From Chiloscyllium plagiosum (taxonomy: Eukaryota): a stretch of DNA of 64,000 bases. The position numbers were made by a program, and so were the translations under genes. Positions 40,401 to 55,400 of the stretch are shown in pieces. Location: the NCBI RefSeq assembly GCF_004010195.1, contig NC_057757.1, forward strand, positions 1,800,985 through 1,864,984, written 5' to 3'. Below the pieces are notes generated by a model that worked only from the letters and a program-made list of their open reading frames with translations, did no database searches and was not told the DNA's origin. Numbering within the stretch: the first letter of the stretch is position 1; each line of letters begins with the position of its first letter.

Positions 40401-43400
40401 CTGATCCTCTTTCTCAATGCCCATACTCCTGCCTTCTGCCTACACTCTGTTTCCTTTGGTCAATAGAAATCTGTTTCTTTATAAACGTATTCAGTGAATT
40501 GGCTTCCATAGCCTTCTGTGATCAAGCATTCTAAAGGTTCACCACCATCCGAGTGTAGGAATGTCTCGTCATCTCAACAGAAGTAGCCTGTTCTGCTTCC
40601 TCAAGGGCTGAAGATTGTCGTTACACCTGCCTCAGGAGAGAAGAGCCCTGGGACCAATGCAAGACACACGGAATTGGATTCACCATCAAGAACAAACTTG
40701 TCACTGACTCTGAGGTTCCTGAGGGCATCAGCGATCACATCATGACTGTCTACAACTTGCCAAGAACCGCTAAACAACAGTCGTGAGTGTCTGCTCCAAC
40801 TCTTTATGCCATAGATGAATCCAAAGAAGGCTTCTATTCTACCTTGGATACCATAGTCATCAACCTCCTTTGGGAAGATAAAATTATCTTTCTTGGAACT
40901 TCACTGCCAGGGTTGGAAAGGACTTGCAATCCTGGAAAGGAGCCATCAGAAAGGAAGGAGTTCAGAATTGCAACTGCAGCATGATTCTTCTGCTCACCAA
41001 ATGTGTGGAACACCAAATACGTTGGCCGTCTCCAACACACTGTTCTGCCAAAACGACCATTTCGGGGCTTTGGGAAGGCATACGTGGTCTAAGTATTGGG
41101 ACATGATCAAAGACATCATCATTTGATCCCGAGACCAAGGTGCTGTCCTCGTTACTGAAGTGGTCACCAAAGCAGACAACTGCTGCACAGGCCGCTGTCT
41201 CATTCGTACCTCTGTGTCCATCACATGCCATCAGAAACAGCTGAAAACTAGGAAACAGTTCAGGGAAAGGCTCAAAGCTGAGTGGCTTCAAGAGTGACTT
41301 TCTAATAATGTCTTCACCAAAATCCCCAAAGAGTTGACTGTAAGGGAGTGAAGGAAAGAACTGAAGATGGTCATCAACCTATGCTGTGAAGAAACCATCA
41401 GCTACAAGACCAGGTAAGACCAAGGCTGTTTTGATGAGAATGGCCCCATTATTCATCCAGAAGAAGTGAAAAGCTATCCGGGCCTGGCAAATCAATGTCA
41501 TCAGTGGGGCAATGAGGAGAGCTCAACAAAGGCAGACCTACAAGGAAAAACTAGGGAAATAAAGAACCACTGGCAGACTGGAAAAGCTAAAGAGCTGCAA
41601 TTCCTTGCCAAGAAGCACAACATGGGAGACTTCTTCAGTGCCACCAAGGAAATTATTAGATCCAGCAGCATTGGCGTCAAATCAGTACTGAGTCAGGATA
41701 GAACTATTTTGAGAGGCAGAGGAAAATATCAGCCTCTGGTAAAAACATTTAATGGAACTCCTAAATCACGATGCAATAGTAGGTGAGGAAGTGTTTGATG
41801 AACTCCCCAACTCCCCATCGAAGGTTATCTTAGACTCCCACCTAGTGTGGCAGAAATCAAAGCCACCATTAAACACAAAGAATGGGAAAGCTGTTGGAGT
41901 GGATGGGATACCAGTGGACATTTTAAAACTTGGAGCAGAGCTTACCTGTCATCCCCATCGAATGTTCCTGAAAATTTGGGACAAAGAAGAAATCCCTGCC
42001 AATCTCAGGCACGCTGCCAATGCCACTGTCTTCAAGCAAGGAGTCAAAGTGGACTATAGGAACTATTAGGAATCTCTCTACTCTCCATCATCAGGAAGAT
42101 CAATGTCCGAATTCCTTCTGAGGAAATCCTTTCTGAAAGCCAATGTGACTTCTGACCAAACTATGCAAGTATGGACATGATTTCACTGCTCAGCAACTCG
42201 AAGAGAAATTCCATGAGCAATCCAACTAGATGGCATTCATTGATCTGACCAAGACTTTTGATTCAGTTAATCAGGAAGTGCTATAAAGACCTAGTCAAAG
42301 GTCGGCTCTCCAGAGAAATTCGTATCATCATCCATGTCATCCATAGTAAGATGTGGTGACAGTCCTCACTGACAAAATATAATAATCCTTCTGAGGTCAA
42401 GACAGGAGTCAAGCAGGGATGTGGCATTTCCGCACCCTTTTCTCCATCTTCTTCATTACTCTTTTTCATCTTGTCAAGAGTAAGCTTCTGATGTGGACAT
42501 TGTCGTCACGATGGACAGAAACTTTTTCAACCTCACTGGATTGAAATCTAAGGAGGCAACTCTGACCTTGTTTGTGAAATTTCAGTATGCGGATGACAAT
42601 GTCTCCGAAGACAATCTTTAAGCCTGGCTCAACACCTTTGTGGAAGCATACTGAAGAATTGGTCTCTGTGTCAACCTGAAGGAGACTCAACACCTTTATC
42701 AACCTATCTCAGTCAAGTTCAATGGACAAAAACTTTCAAATGTGGATTGTTTCCCATTCCTGGGAAGTTACCTCTCGTCTAAGGTAGGCATTAATGTGGA
42801 GATTCAACATCACATCCAATCTGTGAGCGCTGCCTTCAGACGCCTAAGGATGAGAGTCTTTGACAATCGTGACTTCAGTGCTGATAGCAGGATTCTTGTG
42901 TATAAGGCAGTCAGCTTTTTGACTCTCCTACATAGCTCCAAAACTTGGACTATGTATATACATAACCTCAAGGACCTGGAGACCACATCAGCTGAGAGTT
43001 TAGGCATACTAATTTCAGTATCCTTGGAGCAGCCAGTAGCACTACCGACAAGACCATATTCATTGAAACTAACACCACTGGGCCAGCCACAAGCTTAGGA
43101 TGCCTGAGTTCCAACTGCCAAAGCAAATCTTCTTTGCCTAGCTCTGGGAAGATACTTAAATGAGAAGAGAACAAAGAAAGCACTTAAGAGACTTGCGAAA
43201 AGTTTCCCTCAAGAAGTGCAACATTGATATCAATGCATGAGGGACACTCTTTCAGGAGAAGCTGTCTTGGAGGAAGCGTGTGTTTGAATGGACACGATTC
43301 TTTGAGAACACACGACAGCAAGAGGAAATGTGGAAAAGGAGCCAGGCATAGGAATGTCAGCGATCTCCAGGCCAACGAACAATTATACCTCGTGGAGGCA

Positions 43401-46400
43401 CCTCTCAGATATGTGGTCGGGCTCATCAGCGACACAAGGATGCATAGAATCCATGACCTGTGACACGCAACTTCCTAGGGGTCCATTCCCGTTAGTGAGG
43501 GATTGCCAATGGCACCAATAGAGGGTAATGTGTATGAGATGCTATGTGGGAATAGATGGACATAGAGACCATGAAGGGCCGTGGGGATGGGTGTTAGAAT
43601 AACTTGGCATGAGGAGCCATTGGTGTGGAGCATGAGGGGGTGTATACCCTGACATGGGTAGGCATGAGAAGAACCTTTTGCACTTGTTTTTCAAAAGATT
43701 CTCCCATTACCAATTCTGGTTCTAACGTCTTTGAATCGTGACTTTGAAAAAGTTATCCAACTCCATTAAGATTGTGGAAGACCAGGACTTGCCTATCTGT
43801 GCACTGGAGCGAGCCATATTGGGAGTGGAAGGTGCATGCTTACCACCTGAAACAATCCCCACTCTTGAAAGGCTGTGGTGAAAATTCATAACTGGGAAAT
43901 AGGAGATGGGAATCCGAGAATATGGTTCTGGTCGCCTCTCCCTGATTTAATGAAAATCTTGGCCTTTATATCCACCTGAGAGAGCAGACAGGCTTTGGTA
44001 TAAAGTTTTGTACGAAAGCTGCTCTTTTTCTGAACTTGAAGCAGTCCCTTAGTACTGTAGTGACGGCCTGTATTCTGTCTTGTGTATCAGGAGTAAGTTT
44101 CTCATCAATCATGGTGCCATGGCTCAAATGTATTGCTTTTCCAAGCTCCCCAGATGTGTTAGCAAATAGTAATTTGTACAATAAACCTTATACAAAATTA
44201 TAAAATCAAGGCCTTAGATGGAGACAGGACAGAATAGCAGATCTTTAAATGGATGGATTATCACAGAATTACCTGCTCTGTATCACCACTTCAACCAAAA
44301 ATGACAATTATTGTTGATTGCATGTATGTGTAACCACAGAAGATACATTTTTAATTAAGATAATGTCAGTGACCTTTAGTACATAATTGAACTTTGCTGT
44401 TTAACCTTTGCACTGTTTCCAGAGCTAAATTTAAACCCAAGGAATCCAGCAGCTGGAATTACCGTGATCAATGACAAGGATGTTAGAGAAGAGTGGCACT
44501 TACCAGCGCTGCAGTATTGCTTTGTCACCAGGTAGCACACACTTCCTGCTTTGTGCTAAATAACTCAAATAACCCTTAAGCAAAATAGCAGCCTTGAAGA
44601 AAAGAGTGGCCTTAAAGCGTGATCCAACCTCAGGACCAGATGTTTTCCATCCCGGGGTTTTAAATGAAGTAGGTGAGAATATTGCACATGCCCTAACTAT
44701 AATCTTTTAGAGTCTCCCTGATTCTAGAACCATTCCTTTACATTGGAAAGTTTTGCACATTCCTTCACTGTTTAGGAAAGGTGAGAGGAGAACCAGGGGA
44801 TTATAGACCAGTTAGCCAAATATCTGTTGCCATGAAATTGCTAGAGTCTTTAAAGAAAAATGAATTACAGCAGCAGAAAGCCTTGATCAGAGAGAGCAAA
44901 TGTGGATTTGTAAAGGGTGGGCTGTGTCTGATTAATCAGATTGCATTTTTTTTTAAGTTCTGACTGAAGTAGTGAATGGAGGATTGTTTTTGGTCGTTAT
45001 TTGAATTGACTTCCAGAAGGAATTTTAGGAAGTTCCTAAAGAGACTGTTAACTACAATTGAAACTTATGAAGTTGATGGTCTGGTTAGGAAATTGGCTGG
45101 CAGTCAGGAAAAATGGAGAGGTTATTTAATTAGCAAAATGAAATCAGTGGTCATAGAGTCATAGTGATGTTCCTCATGTATTGGTACTGTGGACCTAAAC
45201 AGTTCACCATATCTCTTAATAACTGAGCTGATGGGTTAGAAAGCCATGTAGCCAAATTTGCCAATGCAACAAAGATAGGTAAGCAGTGTAGGTGATAGTA
45301 ACTACTGTCATGAACAGTTACAGAAAGTTATCAAAAAGAGTAATGGAAGTCTGACCTTTACATCGAGATGAAAACAATACAAGGTGGTAGAACCTGTATT
45401 TTAACTGTACAAAACATAGTTTAGACCATGTCTGGAGTGAGTGCAAGGAGGTTTGTCAACTGCATCTATCTATTGATCATGGACACAGTACAAATAATTT
45501 GCCTTAGGAGAAGGGAAATATTTTTAAAAGGACATGAGTGATACCTTGTTCACACAGAGGGTGGTGCATCTATGGAATGAGCTGCCAGAGGAAGTGGTTG
45601 AGGCTAATGCAATTACAACATATAAAAGGCATCTAGATGGGTATATGAATAGGAAGGATTTAGAGGGATATGGGTCAAATGTTGGCAAATGGGACTAGGT
45701 CAGATTGGGATGTCTGGTAGTGGCGGACAAATTGACCTAAGGGTCTGTTTCCCTACTGTATAGCTCTGTGACTCTATATCTGGACGTCCAGGGTTATATT
45801 ACAGTTTTTTAAAATTAGAATTTTATTATCACGAGTACTCAAGTATAGGAATACCTCAGTACAGTTAAAAAAAAGTATAAAGTCTTACACAAATTAGGGA
45901 TCTGTTTCTAAATTAGATGGTAAAGGGGTGATCTAAGTGAAAATTTTGCTACCTCCATGTTTTAGGGGATGAATATTCATAACTAGGCTGGAGAGGGCGC
46001 AAGAGGAATATCTTAGTTTTTCAGAAGTGTAATTAGGAAACACTTTTGTTCACTCTCAAAGTTGTTCTGAACTCACTGCACTGACATTTATTGGTAAATT
46101 TCAAACTGAGATTGATGCTTGTTAATTAAAAGGGCATTTTTGGGATATGAAGTAAGGTTGTAAATCAGTCATGGTTTTGTTGAATGATGAAACAAATAAT
46201 TTTAATTAACCTGCCTTTACTTACATTCAGTTCAGGTGAAGCTTTAACTTAGGCTTTTAGGCCAAAAGATAGGGACACTACCACTGCCCCACAGGTACCC
46301 CTTAACATTTATGACACCTCTGGGACAGGTGGGAGTAGAACCTGGACCTTCTGGCCCAAAGGTAGGGACTGTACCATTGTACCTTAAGACTCCTGAATGG

Positions 46401-49400
46401 TGGATTAGGGTTGGATAGAATTCCATGTATGCCATGTTGAACTTTCTAATAACTAGCAAGGATAAGCACCTTGTGCATTGCATGATAAGTTGAAATGAAT
46501 TAGTTACGTATTTTGCTAACACTGAAATGATTTGGGATTGAGTAATGTTTCACTTTCTTCGGTGTGCTAGTCATGGATGTTGGTCATTGTCTAGTTCCTT
46601 ATCCCAGACTCCATTGAAACCATGGGCAGAGTCTTATTAAAAGGCTATACAACTGTAGAAAAACATTGACGATCCCTGACAAAGTTCATGATTTGGACAT
46701 TGAATGTCAGAAAGATGGATCTTAGTTGTGACGGCCATCCATATTAGAATAACCTGTCGACATACTTTTAGAGTTCATTTTTTAAAAATTCGTCCATGGG
46801 GTGCTGAGATCACTGGCCAATTCCTCATTCATTTTCCTGGAAAAGGTGTGGTAAACCACATTCTTAAACTGCTGCAGTTCTTGGGTTCTGTAGACATCTA
46901 CAGTGCTGCAGGAAGCATGTTTCAGGATTTTTGACCCTGTTATTATGAATGTAAGTTGATGTGGTATTTTCATCCATCTGCTGCCCTTGTCCTTCTAGAT
47001 GGGGTGTTTGGAAGGTGATGGTTCTTAATTATATGCTATTTCTATAAACTTGACATGATCTTTAGCTAACTACGAACTCTCTTTTGAATCATTTTCTTTC
47101 TCATCGGGGTGTCTGATATTGTATCAATGTTGACCTCTCCTTTTTGTTTTTCACTCATTGGGACAATTCACAAGAATTGGATGCGGTGGCAATCACTTGC
47201 TACCGAATATAGTTGTCTACCTTGGGAATAGTGTGTCATCAGTTCTGTGGGGTTTTTGCATGGCTGTTGAGCCCAATTCTAGAGCCACATCTCCAACCAC
47301 ACATTTGGCAGCTATTTCCAGGAGGTGGCATTGATCCTTGGCATTGAGGGTGTTTGCGTTTCTTTCTCTGCTTCCTTTTCTGTGCTTCCTCTTGCTGACT
47401 GTCATTCTCGAAGAATTCTATTCCTTCATACAAGAGCTCCCTCTGAGTTGGTTTCTTCTGAACGAGGATCTCCCATGCGTTGAAATCTGTGTTGCATTTC
47501 ATAAGGGAAGCATTCAGGGAGTCTGTGACACTCTTCCTTTATCCTCCTCTTACTTGAGTATCTTCCTGGAGCTGGATGAAGATGATTTGCATTGGAGCTC
47601 AGGCATCCTACGCCAAAAGGTGTGGCACTGGAAAAGCACAGCAGGTCAGGCAGCATCCAAGGAGCAGGAGAGTCGGTGTATCGGGCATTAGCCCTAGGTG
47701 GGAAGGAAGATGGACAAGTAGGATTGTTCAAGAGGGCAGGGTCAAAGAGGAGGGTTGGATCTGGAGTAAGGTGGGGGATGGGAAGATGAGGAAACTGGTG
47801 AAATCGACATTGATGCCATGTGGTTGCAGGGTCCCAAGGCAGACAATGAGGCATCCCTCCTCCAGGCATTGGTTGGCTTGGATTTGGTGATGGAGGAGGG
47901 CCAGGACTTGCATGTCCATGGGGGAGTGGGAGGTGGAGTTGAAGTGGCCGGCCATAGGGCGATGGGGTTGTTGGGTGCGTTGCCCTATGCTTGTCCTCCT
48001 GGCTGATGTGGAAAATCCATCTCAAACAGCCTTAATGCTACCTCTCAGGGGCCTTGAGGCAGCATCTATACATAATCTCAAGTTTTGGAGCAATATAGAA
48101 GAGTCAGAAGAATAACCGTAGTCAGTTCTGATATCACACGATAGTTCCTTTTTCATCCAGTCTCGGGTTATAAGAAAATTGTGCAATAGCCACGCCATTT
48201 AAGCTAATGGGACTGAAATTGCATTCTAGACAATACTGGTAAAGAAAGTTCACATTTTGCAAATAATGGTATAAACTCTTCAATTGCGTTAAAGCCAATT
48301 CGAGTTGAAGAAATGCACGTTATTAGCAGAATCAGCTGTACTTTTGCATTGCAAGATCTTGGTACCAGCATGAAAGTTATAGTCCATCATCCTTAGGCAT
48401 CCAAAAGCGACACTCACAGATTGGACGCGATGTCAGATCTCCGCATTAATGTCAGTCATAGATGAGATTTAGCTTCCTTGGTAGAGGAAATGTTCGATGT
48501 TTGGACGGATTTCTTTGTTGATCTTAATGGAGGAATGGACTGAAATTTGACCTGGGACAGGAATGTAAAGGGTTTGTCTTCTTGAGATTGAGGCTGAGAT
48601 TAATTCTTCGATATGTTTCCACAAAGGCATTAAGTAAGGTTTGAAGATTCAATTCCGAGAGCGCGGAGATGATCTCATCCGATTACCGAAATCAAGTGAG
48701 CTCTGTGTTGTTGTCTTCGTGAATTTTGACTGGTTGAGGTGGAAACATTTTCTCTCTATTCTGTAGACGGTGGTGGTGATGAAGATGGAGCAAAGGGAGG
48801 GGTTGATGACACATCTTTACTTGACCACTGTCTTGCCCTCAAAGGATTCTGTTATATTACCATTGATGAGGACCGTCGCCAGTATCTAGCCATAGAGGAG
48901 ACAGAGGATGTTAATTAATTTCTTTGACCAGCTGGTCTTTGACAGGGTCTTTCAAAGCACTTCTGGATTGACTGAGTCAAATACGGAACATTTTTACAGT
49001 ATGAGTAGATTTGATTTGATGTATAATTGTCACGTACTGAGACACAGTGAAAACTATTGTTTTGTGTGCTAACCAGATACATCATACCTTACATAAGTGT
49101 ACATTAGGGTAATAAAACATAATGTAGAATATAATGTTACAGCTACAGAGAAAAATCAACTCTAATATATGAGAGGTCCATTCATAAGTCTGATAACAGC
49201 AGGGAAGAATGAGTTCCTAAATCTGTTGGTACATGATTTCAAACTTTTGTATTTTCTGTCCGATGGAAGGTGGTGCAAGAGAATAGAACTGGGGTAGAAA
49301 GGGTTTTTGATTATGTTGACTGCTTTCCTGAGGCAGCAGAAGTGTAGACAGAGTCATAGAAGGAAGGCTGGTTCGTTTGATGGACTGGGCTGTTTTCATA

Positions 49401-52400
49401 ACTCTTTATAATTTCTTCCAGTCTTGGGCAGAGTGCTGTGATGTATCCGGATAGGATGCTTTCTATGATAAGAGTAAGAGTCATGTGGATATACCAAATT
49501 TTTTTAGCCTTCTGAGAAAGTAGAGCCATTAGTGTGCTTTCTTGACTGTTGCATTGACGTGCACAGACATAGAATGCTGATTGGTGGGGGTATTACAATG
49601 GAGAATGCAACAAAGTAGATAAATCACCAGGGCCAGTTGAAATATTTCCCACGCTGTTGCGAGAGGCTGGGGTCAAAATAGCAGGAGCATTGGCAAGAAT
49701 TTTCAATTCCTCTCAGGCCACAGGAGAGATGCCAGAAGCAAGAACAGACGTTTCTGGAAAAGCTCAGCAGGTCTGGCAGCGTCTGTGAACAGAAATCAGA
49801 GTTAATGTTTTGGGTCTAGTGACCCTTAGAACCTAAGAGATGCCAGAAGATTGGAGGGCAGCCAATATGGGGCTGTTATTAAAGAGGGAGCAAGGGATAA
49901 GTGAGGAAACTACAGGCTGGTTAGTTTAACCTTGGCACTGGGAAAACTGTTGGCCCTGCAAGTCATATCCACATCCCTCGAGTGAATTAAGGAAAACATT
50001 GCTGAACAATAAAATTAACCAACACTTAGAGAGGCAGGGATTAGTCAAAAACAGGAAAGTTATTTTTCGAAGAGGTAACCACGTGTGTAGATGAGGGCAT
50101 CGACATAGTCAAGGCTTTCAATAAGGTGCTGCCTGGGAGACTGATAACGCAGGTAAGAACCCGTAGGATCCGAGGAAATTTGGCTAATTGGATCTGGAAT
50201 TGGCTGAATGGCAGGAAGCAGACATGATGGTGGAGGGATGTTTCTGTGACTGGAATGCTGTGTTCATTGGGGCTACGCAGTGTTGGGCCCTTGCTGTTTG
50301 TAATATACATAAATGATACAAACTCGAATGTAGGAGTGTTGATCAGTAAGTTTGTAGATGATAACATTGATGGGGTGGTAAATAGTGAGGAGGATAGCCT
50401 TAGATTACAGGAGGGTATTGATGGGCTGGTCAGTGGTAAATGGAATTCAATCTGGATAAGTGTGAAATGATGCACTTGGGCAGGACAAAAAAGGCAAAGG
50501 AATTAATGATGTACAGTAAGATCCTGAAAACATGGAGGATTGGGGATCTTGATGTACATTACACTGGTCTCATATGTTGCAGGGAAAGTAGATAAAGTGA
50601 TTAGGAACTCACATGGGGTATGGCCTTTATTAGCTGAGGCATAGAGTTTAAGATTGGAAGGTTGTGCTGAAAGTGTACAAAAAGTTGGTTAGGCCACAGC
50701 TAGAGAATTGTGTGAAGTTCTGGATTCCACACTGTGGAGAGATGTGATTGCACCAGTGAGATTACAGAGGAGATTTATTTACCAGGATGTTGTCTGGGCT
50801 GGCGAGTTAGTAATTACGAGCAATTGGATAGATACGCACGCACGCACACACACACCTTGGAGCAGACGAGACTGAGGAGGGACATGATTGAGATGTATAA
50901 AATTGAGGGGCATGGATAGCGTAGACAGGAAAAAACATTTTCCTTTTGTTGCAGGGCTCTGTGACCAGAATCATAGACTTACAGTAAAGGGCAGGGGGTT
51001 TAGAGGGAATGTGAGAAAACTTTCTTCATAAGGGGGTGGTGGCAATCTGGAACTCTCTGTCTGTAAGGTAGTACAGGCAGAAACCCTCATCACATTTAGA
51101 AGTATTTAAATGTGCTTTTACAATGTCAAGGCATTACAAGGTCATGGGCCAAGTGCTGGAAAGTGGGGTTAGAATAGTTAGGTGGTGGTTTTTGATCATT
51201 GCAGACTTGATGGGCCAAAGGGCATTTTCTGTGCTGTAAACCTCTGTATTCTCCAACTTAAGTTGAGCTTAAATGTGCTTGCTAAATTGTACATGGTAAC
51301 AGATTGGTAATTGTATCTGTATCATTGTTGATGCAGGAAGGAACTATCAGAACTTTCCTCTGGCAATTTGTGCAGCATCATTGGCTATGTTACTTTTGTC
51401 GGTAGACAGGAACGCATTCGAATCAAAGGTATGTATCTCACTCTCCCAGGCATTTCTCACTTCCTGTACTTAATCATAGATTTGTATTACTCCCAAGGCC
51501 TGTCAAACTCTCTACCTCATTCCCAGGCATCTGTCATTCACTGTACCTCACTCCCAGGGTGCCTGTTACTTCCTTTTCCTCTCTCTCAAGCATCTTTCTC
51601 TCTCTCTATCTCAGTTCTTAGATTGGTCAGCTTCTCCTAGCATTGGTCATGCTGTGTACCTTACAGATTTGTGAAAGTAATGGCCAGCTGTACTGTAAAG
51701 TTCTATGACATAGATTATACAATGGTCTTTTAACGGTCTTCCTTAATATCTCATCACATATGAGGGCACGCACATTGGGTTAAGGGAACTCAGTCCAGCT
51801 GTTTCATGTTCAGTTGATCTTTGCAGAGCGACCTGACGAATTCCTGGTTTACCGCTGGCTGCACCTAATTGATGGAACAGCCTCAGAACCTTTTGTCCTG
51901 AAGCTTTTCTCAACCTCTCAGCCCGAGATTCAGAATCAGATATCCCCGTGCAGCATAGCAGACAATACCGGTAAGAGGCTTCACATCACTTGGTGTTTGT
52001 GGTCTTTGTGAAAAAGTGTGCTCCCATGGCTTACTCTGTAGCTTGACATGAAACTGGGGGGAAAAATAGAGATGCATCTCTGCCGCGTCTTTCACAATCT
52101 TGGCATGTGTAAAAGCAACCAGCTCTGCTAAAATATGGAACATGTGGCAGCCAGATTGTGCACAGCAAGGTTCCACAAACAGCAGCAGGATAATGACCAG
52201 ATAGTAGACCTTGTTATAATTTTACCTGAAGGCTAAATATTGGCTCATGACACTAGGGAAAGCAATCCTTTTTGTCTTTGAAATAGTGACTGTGGGGGGA
52301 TGGATGTTTTACATTCATCTGAGAGGGTTTAGCCACTTTTGGAATATTGCATCCAGTTCTGGTCTCCCTCCCGATCAGAAGGATGTTGTGAAACTTGAAA

Positions 52401-55400
52401 GGGTTCAGAAAAGATTTACCAGGATGTTTCCAGGTTTGGAAGATTTGAGCTACAGGGAGAGGCTTAATAGGCTGGGGCTGTTTTCCCTGGAGAGTTAGAG
52501 GCTGAGGGGTGACCTTGTACAGGTCTATAAAACCATGAGGGGCATGGATATCGGGTCTTTTCCCTGGTGTCCAAGGATGTGTAGGCTATGTGGTTTAGCC
52601 ATGGGAAATTCGGTGGGAGGATCTGGATGAGATGCTCTTCAATGGGCTATTGGGGACATGATGGGCCAAATAGCCTTCTCCATTCTGTAGGGATTCTATG
52701 ATTCAACAAGGATGAAAAATTATTGGGAGTATGCAGGAATGTAGATTGGAGGTTAAAATTAGCCATGATCTTATTGAATGGCAGAGCAGGCTTGAAGGAA
52801 TGAGGGGCCTTAACTTGTACTTTGTTCATACCGTTCAGTAAGGAATATTCTTAAAGGGACTCACCAGTGTGTTGGTTGTGCATTATTACCAATTTCCGGA
52901 TTCCAAACTGCTCAGGAACATTAGCAGAGGAGGGCCTCAACTTAGATGATGCCAAGATAAACAGAATGATTCAATGAAAACCCATGCTCAAAAGTGTTTC
53001 TTTTTTTTTGATTTAAGTGACCTTGCTTGTGTGTACGAATGTCACACTGGAATGCAAAACGATCAATACCAGTGGGAAAAAAAAAGCATTTCCTTACCTG
53101 CAAAGCACAACATACAGCCAGGTATATGTCAATGGTATGTATATGGCGAGAGGACGTCTAGTGCATGTATTGTTGGGAAACTGTGAAGGAAGGGGCCCTG
53201 TTTTCTTGGACTTCCTCATGACTATAGGGATGGGAATGAATAGAGTGTGGGGTGAAGCCTAAATATAGAGGGTAGGTAAGAAAATAGAAAATATTGTAAT
53301 CTGTAGAATTTTGTTGGGTAAACATTTTGAGTGTCTTGGACAGAAGGCAGATTGATGAAGTTAAGATATAGATCAATCTAAGAGTTAGACAGAATGATCT
53401 CCCGTTCTATGTCAGTCTCCTGATGGAGGTTACTTGGAGGGGAGAGAGACTTGAATTTGGTTCAGCTGACACTTTTTAACGAAAGCCTGATCAGATGAAA
53501 AAAGGTTTAGTGCTTTGTTGGAGGTGCAGAGGACCCTTAACAGAATTGTTCACATTCTGTGAATGAAGTTAAACTAATCCTCTGCAGTGCATTATGTTTG
53601 ATTGCTAGAGGCACATATGCCATCGCAAAACTGTCCAATAAAACAGAATAAGGGGTCGCCCTTTTAAGATGGAGATGAGAATTTTTTTAGTTATAGAAGC
53701 TCATGAGACTTTGGACCTCTACTTTGGAAGTAGAATCTTTAAGTAGTTTTGAAGGAGGAATAAATATATTCTTGATATTAAAGCAGGTGAAAGGTTATTG
53801 AGGGTAGGTGGGAAAACGGCATAATCACATGATTTTATTGAATGGTACAGCAGGCTTGCGGGACTGAGTGATCCCCTCCTGAACCTGATTGATACTTCTG
53901 TAAACTTAAGAGCAATTTGAGGCCCTAAGAACAGCTGAGGATTTGTCCTTGTCTTTTAGACCAATTGAGGTAGGATGTTTTGGTCACTGCATTGAGTATA
54001 GGAGTTGGGATGTCATGTTGCAGCTGTACAGGACATTGGTTAGGCCACTTTCAGAATATTGCGTTCAGTTCTGGGTCTCCCTTCTATAGGAAAGATGTTG
54101 TTAAACTTGAAGGGGTTCAGAAAAAAAATTACAAGGATGTTGCCAGGGTTTGAGCTATGGGGAGAGGCTGAATAGGCCCAGGCTTTTTTTTCCCTGGAGT
54201 GTCAGAGGCTGAGGGGTGATCTTATAGAGGTGTATAAAATCCTGAGGGGCATGGATAGGGTGAGTATCCATGGTCTTTTTCCTTGAGTAGGGTAGTCCAA
54301 AACTAGAGGGCATATAGTTTAAGGTGAGAGGAGAAAGATATAAAAAGGGCCTAAGGGGCAACTTTTTCATGCAGAGGGTGGTGCGTGTATGGAATGAGCT
54401 GCCAGAGGAAGTGGTGGGGGCTGGTACAATTCCAACATTTAAAAGGCATCTGGATGGGTATATGAGTAGGAAGGGTTTAGAGGAATATTGTCCAAATTTT
54501 GGCAAATAGGACTAGATTAATTAAGGATATCTGGTCGGCATGGACAAGTTGGACTGAAGGAAATGCTGTACAGTTCTGACTCTATGTAGACAACTAGTGC
54601 CCCAACTCATTATAAGTTCAGAATGGTAAATGAGCCTGGAATTTGGTGGGCCTGCCACTGCACCAGGCACTTACAGTTATCTGTCCAGGAGGCAGGAAGT
54701 GGTGTGTGACATTATGAGCAGTTCCCCTAGCCTCTGAGCATTGAAGTAATTCACTGCAATAATTCTTAACTTAGGTCTTAATGTTTTTACCTCCACCTGT
54801 CCCCTTTAGGCCATCATCAAGGGAAATTATATGTGAAAAACCCAAAGGTAAAGGAGTTTATTAATTGGATACAATCTGCCAAGGATCAAGAAAGGGACAC
54901 ATTAAGTCACACTCAGATTGGTGGATGTTACACCTATCCTCCCCTTCCTTCAAGTGAGCGGGATTATCGACGTGAAATACTTGGTGAGGAAGCTGGAACT
55001 GGTCTCTTGCTTAACATTGGTGTTGCATATTTCTTTTATCTGTTTTAGCCTTCTCTGCTCCGCTGCTGTCTGCCTTCCCTCTTAGAAGGCTGTGGCCTTC
55101 ACTACCACTGCAGAATGTTGGGACATGATCAAAGCTGATACCTCCATTGCAGCCAATGCTGACCAAGTGCTTTGCTGTAGGAGTTGCAGTCTGTCTGTTG
55201 CTCTGCCTGTCCTTATGGTGGATATAAAAGATTTCAAGGCCACTATTCAGAGATCTCCCTGGTGTCCTGCAATTATTCAACATGACTGTCAAAACATTGT
55301 TACTTTAAGGTAGGTTGCCCTCCTTTCTATGCTATAAAAGTTAGATTCACAAAGACCTACAGCATGGAGACAGGCCCTCTAGCCCGAACAGGTCCATGCT

